64,000 bases of DNA from Candidatus Bathyarchaeota archaeon (GCA_963782525.1 CAWAKC010000003.1:128001-192000), one strand, 5' to 3'. Shown: positions 10,411 to 20,087, counted from the stretch's first letter. Notes: a model not told the origin generated them from the letters alone. Made by a program: numbers and translations.

Positions 10411-10838
10411 TCGGCTTTAACTCCTAAAGTTTCTATGGGTTGCAGTTCCTTCTCTAAAACTTCCTTGACGCTTCCAACATCTCTTATGCAATTTTGAATA
10501 GCTAACACATTGTTTAGGTGTTTGTACACTCCCCGGTGTTTCTTTCCTTCAGCTATGTTTTGGTATTTTAAAATAAGTGTTCGGGTGATTGGTTGGTTAA
10601 TATGTACTGTCCAGCCTAAACCCCAGCGTAGTTTTTCCCATTGGGCTAATTCAGTTTTCTTAGTGGTTAAGCCTTGCTTTAATGCTTCAAACGGATAAGT
10701 TATTTTTAGCTTCTCAAGGCGATTAACTTCTTTATCTAATTCAAGGTAATAGACTTCTAACGAGTTATGAATAGCTTGGCTTGCTGTTAACAGCTCAAGA
10801 ATAAATTGGGCTTCTCTTGGTTCTATGTGTGGTCGCAT
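10407..10838 (-). CDS. Hypothetical protein (element)
   Basis: 143-aa ORF with AGGTG SD, coupled to the recombinase by an ATGA overlap. Confidence 0.6.
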   Translation of the reverse strand: MRPHIEPREAQFILELLTASQAIHNSLEVYYLELDKEVNRLEKLKITYPFEALKQGLTTKKTELAQWEKLRWGLGWTVHINQPITRTLILKYQNIAEGKKHRGVYKHLNNVLAIQNCIRDVGSVKEVLEKELQPIETLGVKAE

Positions 10839-11042
10839 ATTCTACACCTTACCTTTTTGTGTTCTTAGGGTGGGTATATTTGCTTCAAATATTGCATTCG
10901 TTTTCATGCTTTCACCAAACTATCAACATTTTTAGCTCGACATTCAAAACAATCTATTTCTCTATGGCATAAACGATAAAGTGGAGCTGGGCAAAAACTT
11001 GGATTGTTAGTTAAGTCAAACATCTATATCCCTTAACAAATT

Positions 11043-11343
11043 TTAGCGGTGTCCTAGCTTCCGCATTTTCTTATCGTGAGCTTTAGGTTTCTTGTCGGTT
11101 AAGTGGTGTTTGTGGCATTCTACTTTGTACGCTTTTGGGTTCTGATTGATGTCGCTCCATTTTTCTTTTCTACCACGTGGACCCGAACGGCTCAATTTTG
11201 TTTGCCTAATGTGTGCAAATTGGAGTTTAGAAAGGCCGCTTTTCTTTACAGCCTCTATGTTGGCAGCCATGTTTGCTAGGAGAAACTTTACGGATTAAAG
11301 CCGGCTTCCGCTTCTTAGCCCAGGTATTCGATTGATTAGCCAA
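11043..11343 (-). pseudogene. HNH-endonuclease-like gene, frameshifted
   Basis: GCQHRGC in one frame joins LQFAHI...KVECHKHH in another. Confidence 0.5.
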
Positions 11344-11374
11344 TTAATTTAGCCTCCCAACAACTTTGGCAATA

Positions 11375-11737
11375 CTATCTGCTAGCGGACCTATGAAAAT
11401 TATAAGGCTCTAATTTTGCCCTGCATTCACTACAGCGCCCCCTAATTCTTTGCGGCTTTTTACTTCGCATCTTAAGAAAAACAACATCATAATCTCTTTT
11501 GGTTCTCTGAGCTAAACCGATTAACTCATTAATTGAGTAGCTTGAGAGTTCTTTTAGAAAAACGTCATTCTCAACCTTTAGGTTTTCTCTTTTTCGACCT
11601 AGCCCAATCCCGCATAAAATCCAAGTTTCTTTCTGAGTTTTTTTCCGATTTAAAAATTCAAGGCAAATAGCTCTACATTTATCCCGCAATTCAATGAATA
11701 AGGCTAAGTCGCTTTGTTGTTGTTGACTTGTTAACAT
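11375..11737 (-). CDS. Hypothetical protein with C-terminal CxxC (element)
   Basis: 120-aa ORF in a coupled minus-strand gene string. Confidence 0.5.
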   Translation of the reverse strand: MLTSQQQQSDLALFIELRDKCRAICLEFLNRKKTQKETWILCGIGLGRKRENLKVENDVFLKELSSYSINELIGLAQRTKRDYDVVFLKMRSKKPQRIRGRCSECRAKLEPYNFHRSASR

Positions 11738-11964
11738 GGCTTATTATCTCCATTTTTCTTAGCAAGTTCTGTTATCGCTTGGCTTAGGTCCACAAGGCAA
11801 TCTAAAAAAGAATTTTCAATTAAGCGTCTTCCGGCGTAAATCTCCATGAAGGCATGTTCATAACTGATAAACATAGTAGCAGCTACTTTGTTTTGTTCTG
11901 TTTCGTTGGGATTGTCTAAGATTTGTTGAAAATATGCTAGGGGTTTTTTGCTTAACTTTTGCAT
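11731..11964 (-). CDS. Hypothetical protein (element)
   Basis: 77-aa ORF overlapping the next gene. Confidence 0.5.
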   Translation of the reverse strand: MQKLSKKPLAYFQQILDNPNETEQNKVAATMFISYEHAFMEIYAGRRLIENSFLDCLVDLSQAITELAKKNGDNKPC

Positions 11965-12054
11965 GTCAAAAAAGAATTTGTTTTCTTCCTCTGAGCTGTC
12001 TCTTAGTTTCCTGGATTATTCGGGAAACTTGAGGCATTAAAGCCACTGTTTTGC

Positions 12055-12237
12055 TCAAACGCAATATGACCTCCAACCGTCTTTTTTCCAAATTCTTTTT
12101 TGCAGCTTCTCATTTTTCTTAAAATCCTTCAATCCTGCGTATAATTGTGCGTTAAGTAGCTGGCAGTTTTCAACCTCAAGTTCTGTTCTTATTTGTTCAA
12201 TGATCTTTTTCTGTTTCTTTTTATCATGCTTACTCAA
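12055..12237 (-). CDS. Small basic hypothetical protein (element)
   Basis: Coupled to the upstream membrane protein gene. Confidence 0.45.
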   Translation of the reverse strand: MSKHDKKKQKKIIEQIRTELEVENCQLLNAQLYAGLKDFKKNEKLQKRIWKKDGWRSYCV

Positions 12238-12500
12238 TTTGTTTTAACTCCTTTAGCTAGTCTTTCCCTGTTAAACTCGGATAGCAACCAAACAACGCCT
12301 CCAACAGTGCCAAAAATAGAGAGAGCGATTTCAGCAGTTAAAATAAGTAAGTTTGGTTCACCCACCAAAACTTTATGGCTTGGATTAAGAAATATTAAAG
12401 CTAAGACAAAAGCAAAAAAACCGTTTCCAACTGTTACGATTGAGAACAAAAGATACTTTGATGCACTCCAGTAGCTAGTTTGTTTACTCATATTTTCCAC
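12234..12500 (-). CDS. Small two-TM membrane protein (element)
   Basis: Two hydrophobic helices; lies in the putative structural operon. Confidence 0.6.
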   Translation of the reverse strand: MENMSKQTSYWSASKYLLFSIVTVGNGFFAFVLALIFLNPSHKVLVGEPNLLILTAEIALSIFGTVGGVVWLLSEFNRERLAKGVKTN

Positions 12501-12735
12501 CTTTCAAACGAGAAACCCACCGAGAACCCCACTTCCCTAACGCTGCTTTTACCTGAGGATCTAGCAAATAGAACACAAGCATAGAAGCGACTAAACTTTG
12601 AATGCAAAACGACCATGTAAGAAAAGGCGATATATCAAAAGCAAAAGTTAGAATAATGAAAATTTGGCTGCAAATTATGCTGTAATATGCTAAGATGTAG
12701 CGGAGATATTTTTTTGCCTTGTTTTCTTGTGTCAT
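12484..12735 (-). CDS. Small two-TM membrane protein (element)
   Basis: GGAG SD and two hydrophobic helices. Confidence 0.6.
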   Translation of the reverse strand: MTQENKAKKYLRYILAYYSIICSQIFIILTFAFDISPFLTWSFCIQSLVASMLVFYLLDPQVKAALGKWGSRWVSRLKGGKYE

Positions 12736-12747
12736 GTCTTATTCTCC

Positions 12748-13989
12748 CTAATAATTCTGCATGCGTTTCCTAGCGCCAACTACGCCTGCCATAACTGCTA
12801 AGGATAAAGCTGCAATAATGGACCCTTGCGGAATAGTAATCCAGCCTAAAGCCGTCAAAATAATAGCAGTTAATACCACTATGACAGCGGCAGCCTCACT
12901 AGTTAACTCACTAAAACACCCAGCCGCAAAAATAATAATTAAAGCCGGAATTAAAACGGCTGTTGTTACGGGGAATCCTGCGCCAAGAAAGTCTAAGCTG
13001 AAGGGGTCATGTGCTTTTGTGTATTCTCCTAAGAGGTAATGTTCATAGTAGAAGGTTCCATAGGTTGCGTGATCTATGGTTATGGTTACTTGGTAGCTTG
13101 TGGCGTTGTCTACGCTTGTCCATGTATAGCTAAAAAGGTTATCGCTTGAAAATATATGGGTGTATTCTACTGCTCCGCTTGTAGCGTTCGTAATAGTTAC
13201 GTTAACGCTGTTTGTGTTGCTAGTTAAGTCTTCATAGCTAATTGTGATTGCGCCAGTTGGGGTAAGGAAATCTCGTATGGCTGAAGTGTGAATGTACTGG
13301 TAGAGTTGTAAAGTTTCTTTAGGAAAATCTACGCCTCGCAAAGTTAATTGTACACCAGTGACAGCAGTAGCAACTAAATCGCCATAAACATTAGGCGTTA
13401 ATCCATCAGTAATAACAAGTCGGTAACGGCTGCCTGTAACTAAACCTAAAACTACGCTGTTCTGAGAATCAACAAGCCGCTTATCAATTGTTAAGTAGCT
13501 GCCAGCCCAATAAATTTGAGCTTCAATATACCGATAAGTTTTCAGCATTCCCACTTGATCCATAAAATTGATAACGTAATCTGAAGTATCAGCCCGTGAA
13601 CTAAAGAATAAGAAAAGTGGGTGATTTCCATGTGTTTGATCGTTAGAAGTTAACCAGTATTCCCTATGCGAGCTATTATAGTCAAAGCTGAAATATAGAA
13701 TTGTAGAGTTTGTTTCCCAGGAATAAGAACTGCTATGTACGCTGAAGGTTGCAACTGGAAGAATCTCATTTGCATAGTGAGCTGTAACAGTTACAGCTCC
13801 GGATAACAAAGCAGTAACATCGCTAGTGTATTTGTTATATGGACCGCTGAAAATCCATGTTTGCGTGTAAGTTATAGCTTTAACTTGTTGGGGAAAATAA
13901 GCGAAGAAAAGAGACGCAACTAATAGAACAAGCAATGTTAGCATCGCTGTTTTTTGCTTCATTATTTTTTTCTCGTTGTTTTTGCTCAT
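12748..13989 (-). CDS. Secreted beta-rich protein with three C-terminal TM helices; candidate virion adhesin or tail protein
   Basis: Start at 13989 just after the coat-like gene; signal peptide ending VKA, many N-x-S/T sites, three terminal TM segments. Confidence 0.6.
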   Translation of the reverse strand: MSKNNEKKIMKQKTAMLTLLVLLVASLFFAYFPQQVKAITYTQTWIFSGPYNKYTSDVTALLSGAVTVTAHYANEILPVATFSVHSSSYSWETNSTILYFSFDYNSSHREYWLTSNDQTHGNHPLFLFFSSRADTSDYVINFMDQVGMLKTYRYIEAQIYWAGSYLTIDKRLVDSQNSVVLGLVTGSRYRLVITDGLTPNVYGDLVATAVTGVQLTLRGVDFPKETLQLYQYIHTSAIRDFLTPTGAITISYEDLTSNTNSVNVTITNATSGAVEYTHIFSSDNLFSYTWTSVDNATSYQVTITIDHATYGTFYYEHYLLGEYTKAHDPFSLDFLGAGFPVTTAVLIPALIIIFAAGCFSELTSEAAAVIVVLTAIILTALGWITIPQGSIIAALSLAVMAGVVGARKRMQNY

Positions 13990-13990
13990 G

Positions 13991-14263
13991 TTAGAACCCC
14001 GATTTAGAACCCAACCCAAGATAAAGCAAGACACCCATAGCGCCAACAACGATTAAGGCCACAGTGACTAAACCCATAGCAATCCAAATGTTAGTTTGAA
14101 CTGAAGTCCATGTACTGTTAGCTTTAGCGCTCCAAGTGTTGTTAGGTGTTTGACTGTTAACAAGCGCATTAACTACGATAATTCCGACTAGCAAAGAAAC
14201 CATTAAGCCAACCAACACAAAAATTATAGCTCCAACTCCCTTCTTGTTAGAAATCAATTTCAT
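13991..14263 (-). CDS. Candidate major capsid protein of spindle-shaped-virus type
   Basis: 90 aa: basic leader KKG, two long hydrophobic helices joined by a loop with NNT/NST sequons; strong GGAGG SD. Confidence 0.6.
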   Translation of the reverse strand: MKLISNKKGVGAIIFVLVGLMVSLLVGIIVVNALVNSQTPNNTWSAKANSTWTSVQTNIWIAMGLVTVALIVVGAMGVLLYLGLGSKSGF

Positions 14264-14318
14264 TTCTTAGTTTCCCCTCCTCTCTGTTCTTAAGGTAGCC
14301 TTTTGATTGTTGCAAACT

Positions 14319-14465
14319 TTAGTTTTGAAGTCCATCATCTTTTTTTCTTCTCCGCTTATCTAGAGGTATGTTAAACAGAGCCCTTGCAATTCTGATTAGT
14401 TCACGGTTTTCATGGTTGTTTTTTGTTACTGCTTTGCGATGCTTGTCTTTGTCTTTGTACGGCAC
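14319..14465 (-). CDS. Small basic protein MPYKDKDK... (element)
   Basis: 48-aa ORF with GTG start and GAGG SD, below the ORF-track cut-off. Confidence 0.5.
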   Translation of the reverse strand: MPYKDKDKHRKAVTKNNHENRELIRIARALFNIPLDKRRRKKDDGLQN

Positions 14466-14729
14466 TGTTATGCCTCTAAGATATTAATATCCGATTTTAA
14501 CGTATAAGCTATTTGAAACCTGAATAAATTACAACTGCTTAAAATAATTCGGAATATATTACAAAAATTAAATTCTAATTGTTCAGATATTGGCCCCAAT
14601 TCTTTATGGAAAAAAAATTAATTAGTAATAATTAAAACAAATATGTAAAAATTACAATAAAAATGCCTTTTTTTGTAAAAAACGCAAGGTTTTTATGTCC
14701 ATGACAGTATAGCGTTAACCATTGAAAGG

Positions 14730-14927
14730 ATGATAAATATGATAGATAAACAAAAAAAGTACCCTCCTGAAGTTGTGCGAGCTGTTCAAGCCCAACTCAA
14801 AAGAGAGTACAGATTAAGAAAAAAACAAAAGGCTGAAGCAGCCCAGCGTGGTGGCCCGACTGCAACAGCCCCGCATAACCCCCCAACTACGATTAAGCAA
14901 TCAGAGGAGCTTTGCATAAATGAATAG
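14730..14927 (+). CDS. Small basic protein, first gene of the replication operon
   Basis: Follows an AT-rich divergent promoter region and overlaps the next ORF. Confidence 0.5.
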   Translation: MINMIDKQKKYPPEVVRAVQAQLKREYRLRKKQKAEAAQRGGPTATAPHNPPTTIKQSEELCINE

Positions 14928-15087
14928 CCCAAAACCCCTTATTAGTTTTTTGCCAAAAATAGAGACGTTCTCAAAATGTTCTCAATGCCAACACTGGAGA
15001 AAAAAATGTTGTCTTCTGGGCTATACTGCAAGCGCAAATTCTAAGCCCTGTCATCAAGGCACTCTAAGGGGCAAACAAGACGCATGA
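14920..15087 (+). CDS. Small Cys-rich protein (element)
   Basis: 55 aa, CSQCQHW..CC; GAGGAG SD; ATGA overlap with the ORF at 15084. Confidence 0.5.
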   Translation: MNSPKPLISFLPKIETFSKCSQCQHWRKKCCLLGYTASANSKPCHQGTLRGKQDA

Positions 15088-15344
15088 CCTCGCAAAATTT
15101 CCTAGGGGAAGGCCCAAATAGAAACTCCAAATATTACGCAACTATCTCAAGCTGCAAATGCTGTGAATATTCAAACTGTCAACACCGACAAAAACATGGT
15201 TTCTGCATTTCTGAAAATGGAACACAAGCAACAGCCAACGAATTTAGACACGGAAACATAGGAGAACTTGAACGCCAAACTATCATTGAAACAAACCAAT
15301 GGTGCATAAACGAGCATTTAATCAATGGAGTGCCGACACAATGA
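15084..15344 (+). CDS. Cys-rich hypothetical protein (element)
   Basis: CKCC..C...C; ATGA coupling to the primase gene. Confidence 0.5.
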   Translation: MTSQNFLGEGPNRNSKYYATISSCKCCEYSNCQHRQKHGFCISENGTQATANEFRHGNIGELERQTIIETNQWCINEHLINGVPTQ

Positions 15345-17869
15345 ACGAACAGCAAGCTATACTAGTGCAGCGACTAAAAGAAGCCGAACTAAGCCTTAAC
15401 CGATTTTTTGAGGTAAAACCAGACAAAGCACCGGCAGAAGGTAAGGGTTACACAGCTCACCTTAGAACCCCTGAAGAAATGGATAAAGCTGGAGTAACAC
15501 GATGGGGAATAATGGGAGGCGACTTCTTAGTACCCATAGACACAGATATTCCAGAAATGGGTCCAATAATTAGAAAAATTTTACCCCGAACGTTTGAAAC
15601 TTTAAGCGTAGGCAGACAGCTACCACATTTCTATTTTCTTGTTTGGGGTAAAAGTGGAAAGCAACCTCCAAACGGAATATTACATATACCAAATGATTTC
15701 GATGAGAACGGAAAAAAAAGAGGAGCTGGAGAAATAAGAGTAGGTAATCAATATCTTGTTGCTCCAGGAACAGATGTTGACTATTACAACAGCAAAGGCG
15801 TTCATATCATAGGCAGATACAAAATTTTGAATGATGTACCCATAGCTAAACTTGAATACGATACCTTCATGGAAGCCTTAAAACCCTACAGATCAGAAAA
15901 CGAGAAAATATCATTGGAAGAAATGAAAACTGGAGTAGGAGCTAATTTTAGACACGCTAAAGCCATGAGCTATGCATATCATTTAATCAGCGTTACTAGG
16001 TTGGGTTACGACCTAGCATTAATGGAGCTTAACCGTTTTGGAAACGCTTGCACTCCACCGCTAATAGATCAAGATTATTTTGACAGAGCATTAAAAGCAG
16101 CAATCAATTTAGAAGCAGCAACACAAGCACGAATTGATGATAAAAAAAGAACTGTTCAAGAATGGGCTAAAATTCTATATGACGGCCAAGAATTACGAAC
16201 AGTTGAAAAAATTAAGGTTGAAGTAGAGCAAGAAGATAATCTGCCAAACTATGATTATTTCTGTCCTATCTTAGATAAGAGAGGAACAAGAGAGCCGTTT
16301 AAGCCGGCTAAAGTTGCTAAGTGGTTAAGTGAACACAGACATTTCAAAGCAGATAGAACAACCGACTTACTTTATTTCTACGATGGTCAAAGTTGGAGAG
16401 ATAACGGCGAAGTTTATTTACAAGAAATTCTCGGAAAAATTTTGGAAACAGAAAACAGACATGGCATATACACCGATGTTTTGCACGATTTAAAAGCCTT
16501 AGTTTATAATGATATAAAATTTAGCCAAAAAATTGCTTTAGAGAACGGATTATTAGACGTTGAAAGTCAAGAACTTTTACCATTTAACTTTAACGAAATG
16601 CCTTTCCACAAACTACCAATAACCTACAACAAAGACGCTAAATGCCCAAATTGGGAAGCATTCATATCTCAAGTGGTAAACTCTGATGATTTATTAACGA
16701 TCCAAGAATGGAGCGGATTCTTACTTTTACCAGATTACCGTTTCCACAAACTCTTATGGGTTCATGGTGAAGGCCGCAATGGAAAAGGCGTATGGCAAAG
16801 AACAATGGAAGCGATCCTAGGGGAAAACAATGTTTCAAGTATTGGCCTAGAAGAATTTAACGGCGGTCACCGTTTCGCATTAAGACAACTTTACGGAAAA
16901 CTCTTTAACCCATGTTCAGAACCAAACACAACTTACCCATTACAAACCCCATTATTGAAAAAAGCAACTGGACAAGACACAATAGAAGCCGAGATAAAAG
17001 GCAAACAGAACAGGTTAAAATTCAGAAACTACGCAAAAATAACGGTATTAGCTAATAAATTTCCTAAAGTGGAAGATACAACAACCGCATTCAAGGAAAG
17101 ACGTTTATTTATCAAATTCCCAAACGAATTTACCGGAACCAAACAAATACAGAACATAGAAGCTAATTGGCTAATAGTCAATGATGAAAAAAGCGGAATT
17201 CTTAATTGGATGCTCAAAGGCTTAGAACGACTCTTAACTAATGGATATTTTACCGAAAGCAAAACCCAACAAGAAACAGAAGCAGAATTTCTAAGAGCAA
17301 GCGACACAATCGGCGCTTTCCTAAAAGAAATGATAGTTTACAATAAAAACTTTGTAACAACACGAAGCGAAGCATACGAGAGCTATAAGAAATATTGCGA
17401 TACTATAGGATTAGAAGCGGAAAGCGAAAAGGCTTTTACTCAAAGATTAAAGGACACACCAAAAATTAGTGTTTGCTCAGTCAAGAAGCCTAAACAAGAA
17501 AGAGCCTGGAAAGGCATAACTTTAAAACTAATCAGCGATGACGGCGAAATTACAGAAGATAAGTCAAAAATAGACAATTTTACCCCCGAAAAAGATACAG
17601 CAGATACACAAGATACACCTATTGCACACTGTCCCACGTCTAACGATGTTACAAATAAACAAGTAGTAGAAGGTGTATCTCGTGTATCTAGTGTATCCGA
17701 AAGCGAACTTAAAGGATATACGCAGCTTGTTTGTGTTTTCTGTCAAAAAGGCATAATGGATAACGACTGGAAACAAGACGATTTTACCTGGGATAAGCCA
17801 GCTCACAAGAAATGCTATGATACTAAGAAATCAGAGTTAGCAGCTCAAGATGATAAGGAGGTTTCTTAG
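15341..17869 (+). CDS. Primase-polymerase fused to a D5/P4-type SF3 helicase
   Basis: Prim-pol motifs PIDTD, PHFYF, EIR...YLVAPG; helicase Walker A GEGRNGKG, LKKATGQD, ANKFP, RRLF; C-terminal winged-helix-like region and CxxC/HxxC. Start inferred from the ATGA overlap. Confidence 0.9.
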   Translation: MNEQQAILVQRLKEAELSLNRFFEVKPDKAPAEGKGYTAHLRTPEEMDKAGVTRWGIMGGDFLVPIDTDIPEMGPIIRKILPRTFETLSVGRQLPHFYFLVWGKSGKQPPNGILHIPNDFDENGKKRGAGEIRVGNQYLVAPGTDVDYYNSKGVHIIGRYKILNDVPIAKLEYDTFMEALKPYRSENEKISLEEMKTGVGANFRHAKAMSYAYHLISVTRLGYDLALMELNRFGNACTPPLIDQDYFDRALKAAINLEAATQARIDDKKRTVQEWAKILYDGQELRTVEKIKVEVEQEDNLPNYDYFCPILDKRGTREPFKPAKVAKWLSEHRHFKADRTTDLLYFYDGQSWRDNGEVYLQEILGKILETENRHGIYTDVLHDLKALVYNDIKFSQKIALENGLLDVESQELLPFNFNEMPFHKLPITYNKDAKCPNWEAFISQVVNSDDLLTIQEWSGFLLLPDYRFHKLLWVHGEGRNGKGVWQRTMEAILGENNVSSIGLEEFNGGHRFALRQLYGKLFNPCSEPNTTYPLQTPLLKKATGQDTIEAEIKGKQNRLKFRNYAKITVLANKFPKVEDTTTAFKERRLFIKFPNEFTGTKQIQNIEANWLIVNDEKSGILNWMLKGLERLLTNGYFTESKTQQETEAEFLRASDTIGAFLKEMIVYNKNFVTTRSEAYESYKKYCDTIGLEAESEKAFTQRLKDTPKISVCSVKKPKQERAWKGITLKLISDDGEITEDKSKIDNFTPEKDTADTQDTPIAHCPTSNDVTNKQVVEGVSRVSSVSESELKGYTQLVCVFCQKGIMDNDWKQDDFTWDKPAHKKCYDTKKSELAAQDDKEVS

Positions 17870-19054
17870 TTGGAAGCTCCAGCCCAAACCGCTATTTTTT
17901 GCCCTGAATGCCAAAGCCCGAAGTATTTTAAGGATGGCAAACGCAAACTCTCAAACGGTGAAATAGCCCAGCGTTATATTTGCCGTGTATGTGGCTACCG
18001 CTATACATACCCATCTAGCTTAAATGCTGTCTCGGACAATTCTGAAGGTAGCCAAATAAGCGCAAAGGCGAAAAATTTGGACCCTACGCAGAAACATAAA
18101 TTCTGTGTGGGAGATGCAATAAAAGTAGATGCTGACACCAAAGGCTTGTTAACACTGTTCTATGCCTACATGGAAAAAGAAGCCTACTCCGTTGAAAGTG
18201 ACTATGTTGATAAAGTTAAGCATCTTGCTATTCGTGGAGCTAACTTAGCGGACCCTGAAAGCGTTAAAACTGTAATTGGACAAATGCACCGGAAAGATGG
18301 CAAACCAACTAAAAACGGAACTAAGATGCTTTATTGCTATGCTTATGATGCCTTCGCTAAAATGCTTAAACTTCAATGGAATATACCAAAATACACACAA
18401 GAAGATCACGATCCCTTTGTACCTGATGAAACCGAATTAGACGCATTAATTAACGCTGCAAAATCTAAGCTATTGGCCGCTTTTCTACAATGCTTAAAAG
18501 AAACGTTTGGCGATCCTGGAGAAGTACTGCGTATTCGATGGCTTGACGTTGACACCAACAACAAGAAAATAAGCATAAGTTATCCAGTGAAGAACCATCT
18601 TACTCGAACCCTGCAAGTTTCTAACCGACTGTTATCAATGATTGACGCTTTACCCAAAAAAGACGATAGAGTTTTCCCGACTTCGTACTCAAATATGCTT
18701 CACCGTTTCGTAACTATGCGTAAGAGAACCGCTGAAATTCACCAAAACCCTAGGCTATTAGCAGTTGACTTTACAGCCTTTAGAACTTGGGCTGGAACAA
18801 TGATAGCCTACCACAGCAACGGAAACGTGCTTTTAGTCCAGAAGCTACTAGGTCACAAGCAAATTAAAAACACAATGAAATATATCGGCAAAATAAATTT
18901 CCAAAACCAAGACTTTGAAACCACAAGCGCATCAACCGTTGAAGACATACTTCGATTAGGGAAAGAAGGCTGGATTGAATACTCTGTTATCAGTATTAGC
19001 AACGTAGAACACCACTGTTTCAAGAAGCCTAAGAGGTTCAGCAGCTATGTCTAA
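17870..19054 (+). CDS. Tyrosine integrase family protein with N-terminal Zn ribbon and non-canonical active site
   Basis: CPECQS...CRVCG ribbon and LGHKQIKNTMKY are present, but ETFGDPGE replaces the Arg motif and FTAFR replaces HxxR. Confidence 0.85.
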   Translation: MEAPAQTAIFCPECQSPKYFKDGKRKLSNGEIAQRYICRVCGYRYTYPSSLNAVSDNSEGSQISAKAKNLDPTQKHKFCVGDAIKVDADTKGLLTLFYAYMEKEAYSVESDYVDKVKHLAIRGANLADPESVKTVIGQMHRKDGKPTKNGTKMLYCYAYDAFAKMLKLQWNIPKYTQEDHDPFVPDETELDALINAAKSKLLAAFLQCLKETFGDPGEVLRIRWLDVDTNNKKISISYPVKNHLTRTLQVSNRLLSMIDALPKKDDRVFPTSYSNMLHRFVTMRKRTAEIHQNPRLLAVDFTAFRTWAGTMIAYHSNGNVLLVQKLLGHKQIKNTMKYIGKINFQNQDFETTSASTVEDILRLGKEGWIEYSVISISNVEHHCFKKPKRFSSYV

Positions 19055-19149
19055 AAGTGCAGTAGTAAGAATAAAAGACCATGTGAAAAGGAACAGAAAG
19101 GCTTTTCATCATACAGGTTCTTTAATGGTTTGGTGGGGAGAGCAAGCAC

Positions 19150-19509
19150 ATGAGCGATGAGGAACAACTTAAAGCCAGATCCCATTTGACGGAACTCGCG
19201 GTTGCTTATTTCAAGAAGGAAGGTTTCAAGGTTAACAGCGAAAACGTCAAACTGGAAGGACACAGCGGCGTCGCACGACATTTTGATTTGATTGTACAGA
19301 AAGGCCGGTTGGAGCAAGGCGTTTGGGTGAGGGATTGGAATCGAACTATCGGCGTCAATGTCATTATCAACTTGGATACTTCTTCGGAAGACGTGGATCT
19401 GTCAAGTCCCATCATGATTGGCGAAAAATTTAGCGATCATGCCAAATCCTACAGCAACCGACGCAAAATCACATTGCTCACAAAACAAAAAATCGGCAGC
19501 TTCCGCTAA
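19150..19509 (+). CDS. Restriction-endonuclease-fold (Mrr-like) protein
   Basis: LEGHSGVARHFDLIV motif and FSDHAKSYS helix typical of this fold. Confidence 0.65.
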   Translation: MSDEEQLKARSHLTELAVAYFKKEGFKVNSENVKLEGHSGVARHFDLIVQKGRLEQGVWVRDWNRTIGVNVIINLDTSSEDVDLSSPIMIGEKFSDHAKSYSNRRKITLLTKQKIGSFR

Positions 19510-20087
19510 GTTTTCAAGTACTCGTCTAAGATACCTTCCTGCTCAAGGGTTCCCAACCAATCAACTGAGCCGACAAGGCAGTCTCGGCGTTTCTCTAAAA
19601 CCTGCAAAATCCAACCAACAACTTCCTCAACAGTTTTTCCAGTAACATCCAACTCGCAGACTCTGCCAGCATGCACCTCAACCGCTTCGCCAAGGCATAC
19701 ATCCAAAATCTCCGCCTGCAAATTCTCCCACATCTTGCTGCCCGTGTAACCACATTTTTCCATGAATTGCTTGAGTTCTTTGGGGTTTCTTCGAAGAACA
19801 AAAACGAGGGCAACGTGGTTGGTTGGGGTCACGGCGCTTGCGTAATGACCATCTATGACGATGTTGGCGTTGGGTGAGGCATCGATGGTTTCGCCAATTT
19901 TTTCTTGCATGGCTTCTTCGTTAATGATTATGGTGTTTCGTTCTTTGTCTTCGCCTAGCGTTAGATTATTGGTCTTGGCAAAATCAGTTAAGTTGATGTA
20001 TTCTGCCCCAAGTTTTGCAACGAGTTGTTTAGCGGTGGTTGTTTTTCCCACGCAAGGCGTGCCTGTAATGAGGATGACACGTTTCAT
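19506..20087 (-). CDS. Adenylate kinase, AK6/Fap7 type
   Basis: True start MKRVILITGTPCVGKTT; IVIDGH motif and ENLQAEILD. Confidence 0.9.
   Translation of the reverse strand: MKRVILITGTPCVGKTTTAKQLVAKLGAEYINLTDFAKTNNLTLGEDKERNTIIINEEAMQEKIGETIDASPNANIVIDGHYASAVTPTNHVALVFVLRRNPKELKQFMEKCGYTGSKMWENLQAEILDVCLGEAVEVHAGRVCELDVTGKTVEEVVGWILQVLEKRRDCLVGSVDWLGTLEQEGILDEYLKT

Larger units (their letters stand above)
7930..19105. mobile_element. Integrated virus-like element (provirus or virus-plasmid hybrid), boundaries approximate
   Basis: AT-rich block of short coupled ORFs between housekeeping genes. Carries a primase-helicase, two tyrosine recombinases, candidate virion membrane proteins and an HNH remnant. 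Confidence 0.8.

Noticed and set aside
13990-14049. Track start of the 433-aa ORF at 14049
   Set aside because: It overlaps the capsid-like gene; the ATG at 13989 gives a normal signal peptide.
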